Below are positions 7,945-16,354 of a stretch of 64,000 bases of DNA, piece after piece (position 1 is the first letter of the stretch; each line of letters opens with the position of its first letter). Source of the stretch: a virus; IMG/VR virus record IMGVR_UViG_3300020450_001021, positions 1 to 64,000 of that record. One strand, written 5' to 3'. The position numbers and the translations under genes were made by a program. The notes beneath the pieces are model-generated. The model did not search any database, was not told where the DNA came from, and was given only the letters and a program-made list of their open reading frames with translations.

Positions 7945-8112
7945 TCATACACCAGAATATGAATATACTGGTGTCATTATTCCACCTTCTGGATCGTCAT
8001 CATCATCATCATCTCTTCTTAAAAACAACTCCAACCCTACAAGTAATGCTACTGGATAAAAACACCATAGTATTGCCATGAAGGGTGAGATGTTTGATGC
8101 TTCAGCGATCAT
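7945..8112 (-). CDS. small membrane protein with acidic tract
   Basis: Manual translation MIAEASNISPFMAILWCFYPVALLVGLELFLRRDDDDDDDPEGGIMTPVYSYSGV. Confidence 0.65.
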   Translation of the reverse strand: MIAEASNISPFMAILWCFYPVALLVGLELFLRRDDDDDDDPEGGIMTPVYSYSGV

Positions 8113-8207
8113 ACGAATACGTTAGTAGTAGTGCTTGCAATCACTGCTAACATAAAAATGTATGGTACAAACTTAAAGGGAACTGGTTGTCTCTTTAATG
8201 AATTCAT
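8109..8207 (-). CDS. microprotein coupled to the hli array
   Basis: MNSLKRQPVPFKFVPYIFMLAVIASTTTNVFV; TAATG and ATGA overlaps. Confidence 0.55.
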   Translation of the reverse strand: MNSLKRQPVPFKFVPYIFMLAVIASTTTNVFV

Positions 8208-8338
8208 TATACAATACCTGGAATGATTTGACCTGTTGTTAGGTAAGCACCTACTGCTGCTATTAGACCAAGCATAGCAAATCTGCCATTGATCTTTTCT
8301 GCAACTAATTTTTGTTTTTCGATTGTTTTGTTAGACAT
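8207..8338 (-). CDS. hli: high-light-inducible protein
   Basis: AEKINGRFAMLG...TGQIIPGIV. Confidence 0.93.
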   Translation of the reverse strand: MSNKTIEKQKLVAEKINGRFAMLGLIAAVGAYLTTGQIIPGIV

Positions 8339-8451
8339 TATACAATACCTGGAATGAGTTGACCTGTTGTTAAGTAAGTTCCACATAGGAGAATAAATCC
8401 TAACATTGCTGGACGACCTACTGCTTTTTCAAAAATATCTTTATTATTCAT
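8338..8451 (-). CDS. hli: high-light-inducible protein (divergent motif)
   Basis: MNNKDIFEKAVGRPAMLGF...TGQLIPGIV; ATG overlaps the upstream hli stop. Confidence 0.85.
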   Translation of the reverse strand: MNNKDIFEKAVGRPAMLGFILLCGTYLTTGQLIPGIV

Positions 8452-8558
8452 TAGAAGATACCTGGAATGATTTGACCTGTGAATGTATAAGCACCAACTG
8501 CTGCTACGAAACCTAGCATTGCTGCCCATCCATTGAATCTTTCTGCTTCTGGTGTCAT
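8451..8558 (-). CDS. hli: high-light-inducible protein
   Basis: MTPEAERFNGWAAMLGFVAAVGAYTFTGQIIPGIF. Confidence 0.95.
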   Translation of the reverse strand: MTPEAERFNGWAAMLGFVAAVGAYTFTGQIIPGIF

Positions 8559-8559
8559 T

Positions 8560-8667
8560 TTAAAATACTCCTGGTAAAATTTGTCCTGTTACAGCATATG
8601 ATCCTAGTGCTGCTATGATGCCGAGCATTGCCCAACGTCCGTTTTGTAATTCTGCGTTCTCGTTCAT
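8560..8667 (-). CDS. hli: high-light-inducible protein
   Basis: MNENAELQNGRWAMLGIIAALGSYAVTGQILPGVF. Confidence 0.95.
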   Translation of the reverse strand: MNENAELQNGRWAMLGIIAALGSYAVTGQILPGVF

Positions 8668-8723
8668 TGTTCTTAGATTTAATAAGGGTTAGAATTGAGC
8701 GATAGTTAAGAGACCTTTAGTTC

Positions 8724-8939
8724 TTAAGCTACGCCAGGTATTACCCATCCGAAGACGGTGTAATTGAAGAATAGAGCAACCAAACCGATCATTGCTAAAC
8801 GACCATTTGTTATCTCTGCATTCTTCCAATAGTCATAGTTACTGTCAACTTGAACTTGTGGTTCTGAAGGGAAAATGTTCTGTCTTCCACCACTTTCAGT
8901 AGTTGTGTAACGATTTAAGTTGCGTGTTGATGAACTCAT
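8724..8939 (-). CDS. hli: high-light-inducible protein (long form)
   Basis: TESGGRQNIF N-terminus; AEITNGRLAMIG. Confidence 0.95.
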   Translation of the reverse strand: MSSSTRNLNRYTTTESGGRQNIFPSEPQVQVDSNYDYWKNAEITNGRLAMIGLVALFFNYTVFGWVIPGVA

Positions 8940-8967
8940 GTTAACTTTTGTTAAGAAGTGTTACATT

Positions 8968-8996
8968 ATTATATAGCAAATATAAAACTTTGTCAA
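8968..8996 (-). promoter_or_regulatory. consensus sigma70 promoter for the hli array
   Basis: TTGACA-17nt-TATAAT. Confidence 0.8.
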
Positions 8997-9097
8997 CTTT
9001 TTCATTGTTCGGGTATCAGAATCTCTATAAGAGGAAGCAATAAGTGGCATAAGTGGTACTTATATGGTATAATTAATTAAGTGTATTAAGAAATGTA

Positions 9098-9694
9098 ATG
9101 AAGGTAACAAGTCAATACTTATTTCCACAACAGGTAGCGTTTGGTAATATAGAAAATTTTGAAGAGATACAAGAGAGTATAGTGGAATGGATGTACCATT
9201 ATAAAAAGAGTAATAAAGGAATAGCAAAAATATCTAACAAAGGTGGATGGCAAAGTGAATCCAAATATGTATATGAAGATAAAGGATTTGAACTAATTCA
9301 GAAACCTATAGTAGATTCAATAGCAGAGGTTAGTCAAGCATTTAAACTATTTGGTACTACAACTATAGTACAGATGTGGTTGAATATTAATGGTCCTAAT
9401 TCATACAACGTATGTCATAGACATCCTGGTTCTCATTTGTCTGGTGTACTATGGGTAAAACAAAAACCAGAACAAGGTAGATTTATTTTTGATAATATTG
9501 ATAATAGAAATATGATATTGATATCTAAAACAGATCAAAATCATTTAATAAAAAACAATATGATGCCTGAGTTATTACCACCATACCAAGATGGTACTGT
9601 ATTGTTATTTCCTTCTGAGATGTCTCATAGAGTAGAAATTAATGAAACTAATGAAGATCGTTTATCTATCTCTTTTAATATGACTGTAACCTAA
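9098..9694 (+). CDS. 2OG-Fe(II) oxygenase (TIGR02466-like)
   Basis: WLNIN, HxHPGSHLSGV, FPS.M.H.V, R.SISFN. Confidence 0.88.
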   Translation: MKVTSQYLFPQQVAFGNIENFEEIQESIVEWMYHYKKSNKGIAKISNKGGWQSESKYVYEDKGFELIQKPIVDSIAEVSQAFKLFGTTTIVQMWLNINGPNSYNVCHRHPGSHLSGVLWVKQKPEQGRFIFDNIDNRNMILISKTDQNHLIKNNMMPELLPPYQDGTVLLFPSEMSHRVEINETNEDRLSISFNMTVT

Positions 9695-10305
9695 GTTACT
9701 CTTATCAAATAACACAGTGCAAAGTAGGCAGATCTAATATCAATATTACTACCACTACCTTTATCTTGAATAGTTATTCCTGTACTGTTACTATTAATAG
9801 TAATACCAGTTGAATCACTTGTGTTAGCATTGCTAAAGTTTTCATTGGCATTTCTATAACCAACTGTATAACCTTGACCAGAACCAAGTGTTATTCCAAC
9901 CCCACCAAACACACTGTTTAGTGATAAACCACGACCTTGGTGAGTGTGACTATCATTACTAACACCATGACTATGATCAGGATCAGTAAGATCATGGTTA
10001 TGTGATGGCATTTGTGCTTCAGATAACTGAATAGAATTAGAACCACCTTCTTCATTAACTGTTGCAGTAGAAGTATGACCAGCAGTATTGCTACCAACAC
10101 CTAGTACAAACTTATCTCTTAGATCTGGTGTACCATTTTGTCCGTCGCAAATTGACCAGTTAGTTAATGCTTCTGCATCTGCAATACTTCCAGACCACAT
10201 TATAATACCACCAATGGGTACAAATGAATTGACTAGATTAGAAGAAAGTTTACTTGCTTCTATTTCATTATCTGCTATTGCTTCTTGTGGTAATTTAAAA
10301 ACCAT
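9691..10305 (-). CDS. tail collar domain protein (short fibre-like)
   Basis: PIGGIIMWSG...W.ICDGQNGTPDLRDKFVLG; HxH repeats; YFALCYLIR C-terminus. Confidence 0.8.
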   Translation of the reverse strand: MVFKLPQEAIADNEIEASKLSSNLVNSFVPIGGIIMWSGSIADAEALTNWSICDGQNGTPDLRDKFVLGVGSNTAGHTSTATVNEEGGSNSIQLSEAQMPSHNHDLTDPDHSHGVSNDSHTHQGRGLSLNSVFGGVGITLGSGQGYTVGYRNANENFSNANTSDSTGITINSNSTGITIQDKGSGSNIDIRSAYFALCYLIRVT

Positions 10306-10946
10306 TATAGAACCCTAATAATGAACGCTAATGCATAATATGGTGGTAAGTTTTTATTCGTTACTGATTCACCCCTACTGTCTACAGAAACACCTGTTGA
10401 TATACTATTTGTTCCATGAGTGTGTTCAGCATTTATACTAAAACTACCAGATGCACTTGAATCAACACGACTTGGAGTATTTGATGAATTTTCATTTACT
10501 CCTTTTGTAAAGATTCCATTTGCATACCCACCACCACTAGCATAAGTTTCTGAAATTTTTCCGACTGTTCCTGTTAAAGTTTTAGATGTCGAATTAGTAC
10601 TATGACTATGACCAGATTCAGTTGTATCATGATCATGGGAAGGGACAATTGCATCTTTATTACCACCCTCAATTTTATTTGAACCCTCTACATCAGTATG
10701 TGCCTTAACATCATTACCTACTGTAGCATCTACAGATGCACCTATAACAAACTTATCTCTCAGATCTGGTCTACCATTTAGTCCGTCACACAATTCCCAT
10801 GCTGTTAGATTAGTAATATCTGCTATTGTACCAGACCACATTATAATACCACCAACAGGAACTAAAGCATTCTTTACATCATCTGCAAGTAATGCTTGAG
10901 TAACGTTTGATGGTTCTATCGCTGCTGTTGGTAATTTAAATACCAT
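10305..10946 (-). CDS. tail collar domain protein (short fibre-like)
   Basis: PVGGIIMWSG...CDGLNGRPDLRDKFVIG; NLPPYYALAFIIR. Confidence 0.8.
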   Translation of the reverse strand: MVFKLPTAAIEPSNVTQALLADDVKNALVPVGGIIMWSGTIADITNLTAWELCDGLNGRPDLRDKFVIGASVDATVGNDVKAHTDVEGSNKIEGGNKDAIVPSHDHDTTESGHSHSTNSTSKTLTGTVGKISETYASGGGYANGIFTKGVNENSSNTPSRVDSSASGSFSINAEHTHGTNSISTGVSVDSRGESVTNKNLPPYYALAFIIRVL

Positions 10947-10969
10947 ATCTTCAACGTTTTATTATACTT

Positions 10970-11392
10970 CTATTTAGATACTTTTTTATCAAAGATAAAA
11001 GGACCGTTTTCAGATCCCCAAACTTGTTTACCGTTCTTATCAATACCACCATCAATAACCACATAGTAATTAGATCCTAACTCTACTCTACTAACAAGTT
11101 CAGCACCTTTTACCATAACACCAGGTTTATTGACTCCTCTATAAACGTTTTTCATCTTCTGAAAGATTAAATCATTGACAGGATTTTGTACTAAGATAAC
11201 ATCACCTTTAGGAACTATGACAATATCTTTTGATCTATATGGTTCTTCCTCATGACTATATCTTTGTTCACAATGAAAAGAGAACTCACCAGTTCTCTGA
11301 TGAGTTAAAAATATATGGGCAAATGATGTAGGGTTTGAAGATGCTTGTGCCCAGTTGTCATACTCACCTTCAAACCATTCTATAAATTCCAC
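10970..11392 (-). CDS. cpeT: CpeT/CpcT-like bilin lyase
   Basis: G.YDNWAQASSNP..FAHI, PYR, D.G.D..GKQVWGS..GPFIF; GTG start at 11392 abuts the upstream stop. Confidence 0.8.
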   Translation of the reverse strand: MEFIEWFEGEYDNWAQASSNPTSFAHIFLTHQRTGEFSFHCEQRYSHEEEPYRSKDIVIVPKGDVILVQNPVNDLIFQKMKNVYRGVNKPGVMVKGAELVSRVELGSNYYVVIDGGIDKNGKQVWGSENGPFIFDKKVSK

Positions 11393-12429
11393 TAGAATAT
11401 AAACGTAACAATAAAAGCATAACCTATCAGGAGAGCACACATACCACTCAGTACCTTATAGTATTTCTTTATAGGTGTACCGAAGTATTGTTGACCAATC
11501 ATCAAACATTTATGTGCAGGAGATAATAAATATCCTGAGTATTCAGTTGCTAAGAACCATACCAGATACTGTTGACCAAATATTAACACTAATGCAGAAG
11601 TCATACCTGCATACTTACCTGATGATCCCATGATCCATGCTGCTATCATACCAACGATAGTTACAGGTATGATCATAGTTGGATCTGCTGACTTAAGATA
11701 TACCATAACAGGTTCTTTTATCATACCAACTACACCACCTAGTGCTAAAACTATTGTAGATATAATTGCAAACTGTTTATTAATATACCTACCCCATCTC
11801 CAATCTTTACATAACCATGCATAGTAACAACACATAGCAGCAAACCAAGGGAAAAATAATATAGCACCTGCCTTACCTACACATAATAAGAACCATATCG
11901 TTGCTATAAATGGTGCCCAACCTCGTAGTGCACTTTTCCAGTTAAACTCTCTAACATTACCAAGAGATGGAACAACACTATAAGGATCTACCTTGGTAAA
12001 AATATACCACCATGTATATCCAAGACATATAAGGAGAGGTATAAATGTATAACTTAACATCTCTCTATAAGTTATACCCAATGCTGCCATGGGAAGAATG
12101 ATTGTCTTCTCTAATGGTGACCACCAGTAGTAATGATGTGTGGAAAGATAATCTATGATGCCATAGTTGCTTCTATCTTTTTTAGAAGGTGGTGCAATGG
12201 CATCTAGAAGAGGTGCTGACAATGCAACTCTACCTGGTATAGGTAGCACTCCACCAAAAATTGAAGTAACGATAATCATCAAACGATTATCTTTTATGTA
12301 ACTTTTTGCTAATGAATATACATCATCAAGAACTCTATACTCTCTGATGTATCCTCCAAGAATCATAATACCAAAAATGTAACCCATGTAGAGTTCTTTT
12401 TGTAGTATTGATTCAATAATTTTAATCAT
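11392..12429 (-). CDS. polytopic membrane protein, DUF401 / ion-transporter superfamily-like
   Basis: About 9-10 hydrophobic segments; GVLPIPGRVALSAP, HHYYWWSPL and LLSPAHKCL..G.QYF resemble DUF401 motifs. Confidence 0.65.
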   Translation of the reverse strand: MIKIIESILQKELYMGYIFGIMILGGYIREYRVLDDVYSLAKSYIKDNRLMIIVTSIFGGVLPIPGRVALSAPLLDAIAPPSKKDRSNYGIIDYLSTHHYYWWSPLEKTIILPMAALGITYREMLSYTFIPLLICLGYTWWYIFTKVDPYSVVPSLGNVREFNWKSALRGWAPFIATIWFLLCVGKAGAILFFPWFAAMCCYYAWLCKDWRWGRYINKQFAIISTIVLALGGVVGMIKEPVMVYLKSADPTMIIPVTIVGMIAAWIMGSSGKYAGMTSALVLIFGQQYLVWFLATEYSGYLLSPAHKCLMIGQQYFGTPIKKYYKVLSGMCALLIGYAFIVTFIF

Positions 12430-12941
12430 AATAAATTGAATGATATGATAGTCCTAGGGACATCTGATTTATTTATGGGTGCTTCATGTAAGATAAATGA
12501 TGGGAACATGAAGAGATCACCTTCCTTTACTTTAGGATTGAATATGGGTGGAACCACATCCATTGGTGCAGGATATGGTCTATAAAATGTAGTTGATCTA
12601 TGTACCTCAGGATCAAACTGAGCATAGAATACTGCTGACCAACCTTCCATACCATGATCATGTGCAGTATGGTAATCACCTGAGTTTGCTGTCTGCCACC
12701 ATAACCTAGTTATTCTTTCAACACCCATCTCTTTTGTAATAGGAGCAATATATGGGTGAAGCATATTTAAAAATTCAATATGGTCATTGTAATCAAAATT
12801 ATCCCAGTAACTTGTGATTACAGAATCATCAGTATTTTTTGGTACCTTTGAAGGATCTTTTACATTTAAATTAGAAAGGACAGAACTTTTATGATCTGCC
12901 CACTTGTCTATATTAAGAAAATAATATGGAACTTTAAACAT
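12426..12941 (-). CDS. 2OG-Fe(II) oxygenase
   Basis: HxAHDHG, WSAVFY, EGDLFMFPSFILHE, RTIISFN. Confidence 0.85.
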   Translation of the reverse strand: MFKVPYYFLNIDKWADHKSSVLSNLNVKDPSKVPKNTDDSVITSYWDNFDYNDHIEFLNMLHPYIAPITKEMGVERITRLWWQTANSGDYHTAHDHGMEGWSAVFYAQFDPEVHRSTTFYRPYPAPMDVVPPIFNPKVKEGDLFMFPSFILHEAPINKSDVPRTIISFNLL

Positions 12942-13119
12942 TATCTATTTCTTTTAAACGATCTTCAAGATAATTTATTAACTCCTCTCTCCACATCATT
13001 AATTCTTCATAGCATCCTTGATTATAAGCACAACCACGTAACTTACTATCTGGTTTGTGGAGAGATTCTAATAAGATAATCAATCCATCTTTACGTTTTT
13101 GTTCTGAACTTTTAGTCAT
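12934..13119 (-). CDS. hypothetical protein
   Basis: 61-aa ORF, coupled overlaps. Confidence 0.7.
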   Translation of the reverse strand: MTKSSEQKRKDGLIILLESLHKPDSKLRGCAYNQGCYEELMMWREELINYLEDRLKEIDNV

Positions 13120-13547
13120 TCTGTTGTGAAATGGAAATAATCTTTACGGTAATACCTACCTAGTATATTTGAATTATAGTATGCAGGTGTACCATCTGTC
13201 AAGCTTTCGGTTAACACACCATGATTAAATAACAAACGTGTCTCTTCGTAGTTTGTTTTACCTAGAGTAGTATGTAAACTTAAAATTTCTCTACTGAAAT
13301 GTTCTTTACCTAGTTTCTTTATATCTTCCTTTAACTCTGGGCATGAACCATAATACTTTTTCCAATCAGATTCTTGTTTTGATTTTCTTTTATGTCCTTT
13401 CTTCTTTCTAAAACTCCAGAAATACTTTCTACCGATATATTTTTTAGACGTTGCACTATTTGTTATACAGTAAACAAATCCATAGTAACCATTGATATCT
13501 TCTTCATTAAAAATTTTATCTTTATACCACCATGGATTGTCGTACAT
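13116..13547 (-). CDS. GIY-YIG endonuclease (T4 endonuclease II / DenA-like)
   Basis: GFVYCIT...KYIGRK; ESDWKKYYGS; YYNSNI. Confidence 0.85.
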   Translation of the reverse strand: MYDNPWWYKDKIFNEEDINGYYGFVYCITNSATSKKYIGRKYFWSFRKKKGHKRKSKQESDWKKYYGSCPELKEDIKKLGKEHFSREILSLHTTLGKTNYEETRLLFNHGVLTESLTDGTPAYYNSNILGRYYRKDYFHFTTE

Positions 13548-13566
13548 AATAACACTATCACTGTGG

Positions 13567-13770
13567 TTATTTAGCTCGAACTACACCACCTGTTTTAGTT
13601 TCTAACAATTCATTTCTGACTGCATCACGTATCATAATTTTTAATTGTTCTTCTTTCTCTCTTCCTATCTTATCACTCCATCCTGAGAACTCTACCCAAC
13701 CAAGAAGACCCCACCAGAATATTGCAGTAGCACCACCAATGATAGCAAACAAATTAATAACTTTCTTCAT
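13567..13770 (-). CDS. small membrane protein
   Basis: N-terminal TM helix. Confidence 0.65.
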   Translation of the reverse strand: MKKVINLFAIIGGATAIFWWGLLGWVEFSGWSDKIGREKEEQLKIMIRDAVRNELLETKTGGVVRAK

Positions 13771-13931
13771 GTTTCTATATCATATGTAATAATAATTTTC
13801 TTCCACTTTATGCCAGTTTTTTCATCAAGGCATGTGGATCTTTCTAACTCCCCACCTAACATACGTGTAAGTGTCATCATTTCAGAGATGATATCTTCAT
13901 CATTTTTCTCTGGTTGTATTACTACTTCCAT
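13767..13931 (-). CDS. small hypothetical protein
   Basis: Manual translation MEVVIQPEKNDEDIISEMMTLTRMLGGELERSTCLDEKTGIKWKKIIITYDIET; GGAGG RBS. Confidence 0.6.
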   Translation of the reverse strand: MEVVIQPEKNDEDIISEMMTLTRMLGGELERSTCLDEKTGIKWKKIIITYDIET

Positions 13932-13961
13932 CACTTACCTCCATACATGTTTAGTATATAG

Positions 13962-14036
13962 TCATGGATCAAATGCCCCAAATGCTAAGATGATAAGAAC
14001 AAAAATAGTAAGATAAACTATTGCGTGATAGATCAT
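13962..14036 (-). CDS. single-TM microprotein
   Basis: MIYHAIVYLTIFVLIILAFGAFDP. Confidence 0.45.
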   Translation of the reverse strand: MIYHAIVYLTIFVLIILAFGAFDP

Positions 14037-14134
14037 ATCATTCCAAAAAGTATTAATCCAAAAGCAACAAACACCATAATCCCCATTGAGATTACAGTGT
14101 TATAGAACCATTTAGGTATCTTGTCATTCGTCAT
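14033..14134 (-). CDS. single-TM microprotein
   Basis: MTNDKIPKWFYNTVISMGIMVFVAFGLILFGMI. Confidence 0.5.
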   Translation of the reverse strand: MTNDKIPKWFYNTVISMGIMVFVAFGLILFGMI

Positions 14135-14312
14135 GATCAATAGGAGGTATAAAAAGACGACCCTCCATAGTTTTGTTTCTGATAACTATCTTATTGTTTT
14201 CATAGTCAGCAACAAACTCTAAGACATCTTCATTACCCCAACACAACTCTTCATATAGTGCATTGAGTTTTGACATATCTTGCCAAAGATCATTTGGTAT
14301 TTCATTATCCAT
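14124..14312 (-). CDS. conserved hypothetical protein
   Basis: DLWQDM.KLNALYEELCW motif. Confidence 0.7.
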   Translation of the reverse strand: MDNEIPNDLWQDMSKLNALYEELCWGNEDVLEFVADYENNKIVIRNKTMEGRLFIPPIDHDE

Positions 14313-14532
14313 GTTTAGAAAAGAATTCTTTTAATGATGATTGATAGTCACCCCTTGGAGGTTCCTTTATTCCTTTCATTGCTTTCCACTCGTTGTGCAT
14401 TGCTTGAAGGATCCACGATTGAGCTAGGGAATGTGCACCCTCTTTCAATAGTATTTTCTGTGATTGAGATAGACCAACCTTGCTCTCCAAATACTCCTGT
14501 CTCCACGATTTTTGGTTTTTGTTTTGAGTCAT
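14305..14532 (-). CDS. conserved hypothetical cyanophage protein
   Basis: WRQEY...LL.EG..SL.QSW.L.AM.N.WK..KGIKEP. Confidence 0.65.
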   Translation of the reverse strand: MTQNKNQKSWRQEYLESKVGLSQSQKILLKEGAHSLAQSWILQAMHNEWKAMKGIKEPPRGDYQSSLKEFFSKHG

Positions 14533-14746
14533 CTTCTTCCCATTTTTGTCTCATAAGTTCAGTTTGTACATCAACATTTGCCATAGTATTATATATTTTA
14601 GCATCAATCCATTTTTCTTTCAACCATGCAATTGTTCCCAAAAGAACATATGAAATAGGATAACGTTGTTTCTTTGCCCATCTCTCTGCTTTAGCATACC
14701 AAGGGTCAACTCCTTTTCCAAATTGTTTTTCAAACCCAATCTTCAT
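14348..14746 (-). CDS. hypothetical protein (C-terminus overlaps the next gene)
   Basis: 132-aa ORF. Confidence 0.65.
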   Translation of the reverse strand: MKIGFEKQFGKGVDPWYAKAERWAKKQRYPISYVLLGTIAWLKEKWIDAKIYNTMANVDVQTELMRQKWEEDDSKQKPKIVETGVFGEQGWSISITENTIERGCTFPSSIVDPSSNAQRVESNERNKGTSKG

Positions 14747-14927
14747 GGTACGGATGTTGTAAATGTTTTCTTTCTAATTCATTCTTTAATTGTCTCTCAA
14801 ATTCAGATTCCATTATTATAAGATTCTCTTTTAGATTCTTTTCAAATGGATTGTCTTCAATGAGATCATGTAAGTGTGCTACATGATTCAATGCATACAT
14901 TAATTTTGTTTGCAAATTCATAACCAT
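14730..14927 (-). CDS. hypothetical protein
   Basis: 65-aa ORF with AAGGAGAGG RBS. Confidence 0.7.
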   Translation of the reverse strand: MVMNLQTKLMYALNHVAHLHDLIEDNPFEKNLKENLIIMESEFERQLKNELERKHLQHPYHEDWV

Positions 14928-15054
14928 TGTCCTCTCCTTTTAAGGTGTTCAATTTTTTCATCTATAGTACGTAGGTCTAAAGGAGGAAAGTATTTTACAA
15001 CTTTCCTAGTATCAAACGTTATTACAAGCATGGTATATATGTAAGGGAAAGACA

Positions 15055-15231
15055 TTATCCACCTGCCATATCATTATAGTTAATGTCTTCAGCATCAAGG
15101 ATTGCTTGCATCATCTCTTCGGTGCTATCAACTAAACCTTCCTTCTCTAATTTCTTGTAGTTATAACAACTACCTAAAGGAGCAATTTTAGGTTTAGAGT
15201 TTGAATCCTGAGAAGGTGTCTTTTTTGACAT
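15055..15231 (-). CDS. hypothetical protein
   Basis: Likely start MSKKTPSQ, overlapping the nrdB end. Confidence 0.55.
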   Translation of the reverse strand: MSKKTPSQDSNSKPKIAPLGSCYNYKKLEKEGLVDSTEEMMQAILDAEDINYNDMAGG

Positions 15232-16354
15232 CTTGTTTGATTCCTCCAACGACATAACTTTCGACCTCCGTTTCTTGTGGTGCAACCTGTAGACCTTTGG
15301 ATGATATCCAATGAGCAGTCCATGGTAATGGATTGTTCTTAGCAGGCACATCATAAATTGGTTTGATACCTATCGCTTTCATACGACGGTTAGCAATCCA
15401 TTCAACATAATTGTGTAGTAATTTTTCATTCAGACCTATCATAGATCCTTTGTTAAACAAATAACCTGCCCATGCTTTCTCTTCATCTACACATTTTTTG
15501 AACATTGCAATTACGTTTTCCTCTTCTTCTCTAGCAATTTCTGCAAACTCTGGGTCATCCCCATTGCTCCATTTATTAAGGATGTTCTGCGTGATAACAA
15601 GATGTTGGTTTTCATCTCTTGCGATGAGAGAGATAATTTTAGCGGATCCCTCCATAAGTTTGAGTTCGCCAAATGCAAACGAGCAAGCGAACGAGACATA
15701 AAACCTAATACCTTCGAGGATGTTGACATTGGCGACTGCACGATAAAGTAAACGTTTAAGATGCTTCATTTCATAAGAAGCAAGGAAAGAACCTTTGTGT
15801 CCTTCTTTCCATAGGTTACCGTTATCCCACGTATGTGCAGCGTTTATGAAATTATCGTAAGATTCTGTAACACTTTCTGCTCTTTGCAGAATGTTAGGAT
15901 CAGTTAAAATAGTATCAAAAACTTCTGCTACATCAGGGTATACGTTTTTTATTATATATGTGTAAGATCTTGAATGTATCATCTCCATAAAAGACCAACA
16001 CTCCATACATGCTTCCAGTTCTGGAAGAGAACAATATGGTATGAATGCCATACCAGGTGCTCTACCTTGAACAGAGTCAAGCATGATCTGATATTTCAAG
16101 TTAGAAGTAAAAATATGTTTCTGTTCTGGTCTTAGATCTTTGAAGTCACCAAAATCTTTTTGTAATGATACCTCCTCTGGTCTCCAGAAATATCCTAACT
16201 GTGTCTTTGTAAGACGTTCAAATATAGGATACTTAAATTCATCATATCGTTGAACTCCTAATGGTTTACCAAAAAACATTGGTTGTTTCTTAGGGTCATG
16301 TACTTCGGTATTAAATACCGTCATTCCTTCTAGTTTAGATTGCACAGGATTCAC
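15194..16354 (-). CDS. nrdB: class Ia ribonucleotide reductase beta subunit
   Basis: YFWRPEEV, LDSVQGR, EMIHSRSY, LEGIRFY, RDENQH, APQETEVESY. Confidence 0.98.
   Translation of the reverse strand: MNPVQSKLEGMTVFNTEVHDPKKQPMFFGKPLGVQRYDEFKYPIFERLTKTQLGYFWRPEEVSLQKDFGDFKDLRPEQKHIFTSNLKYQIMLDSVQGRAPGMAFIPYCSLPELEACMECWSFMEMIHSRSYTYIIKNVYPDVAEVFDTILTDPNILQRAESVTESYDNFINAAHTWDNGNLWKEGHKGSFLASYEMKHLKRLLYRAVANVNILEGIRFYVSFACSFAFGELKLMEGSAKIISLIARDENQHLVITQNILNKWSNGDDPEFAEIAREEEENVIAMFKKCVDEEKAWAGYLFNKGSMIGLNEKLLHNYVEWIANRRMKAIGIKPIYDVPAKNNPLPWTAHWISSKGLQVAPQETEVESYVVGGIKQDVKKDTFSGFKL

Noticed and set aside
8338-8529. 63-aa ORF as given in the track
   Set aside because: The N-terminal part is an alternative frame of the hli at 8451-8558; the real gene starts at 8451
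8200-8600. Recurring aatacctggaatgatttgacctg-like sequence suggesting a CRISPR or repeat array
   Set aside because: It encodes the shared TGQIIPG C-terminus of the tandem hli genes
11393-11440. N-terminal extension of cpeT in the track
   Set aside because: Overlaps the transporter gene out of frame; the GTG at 11392 matches the family start
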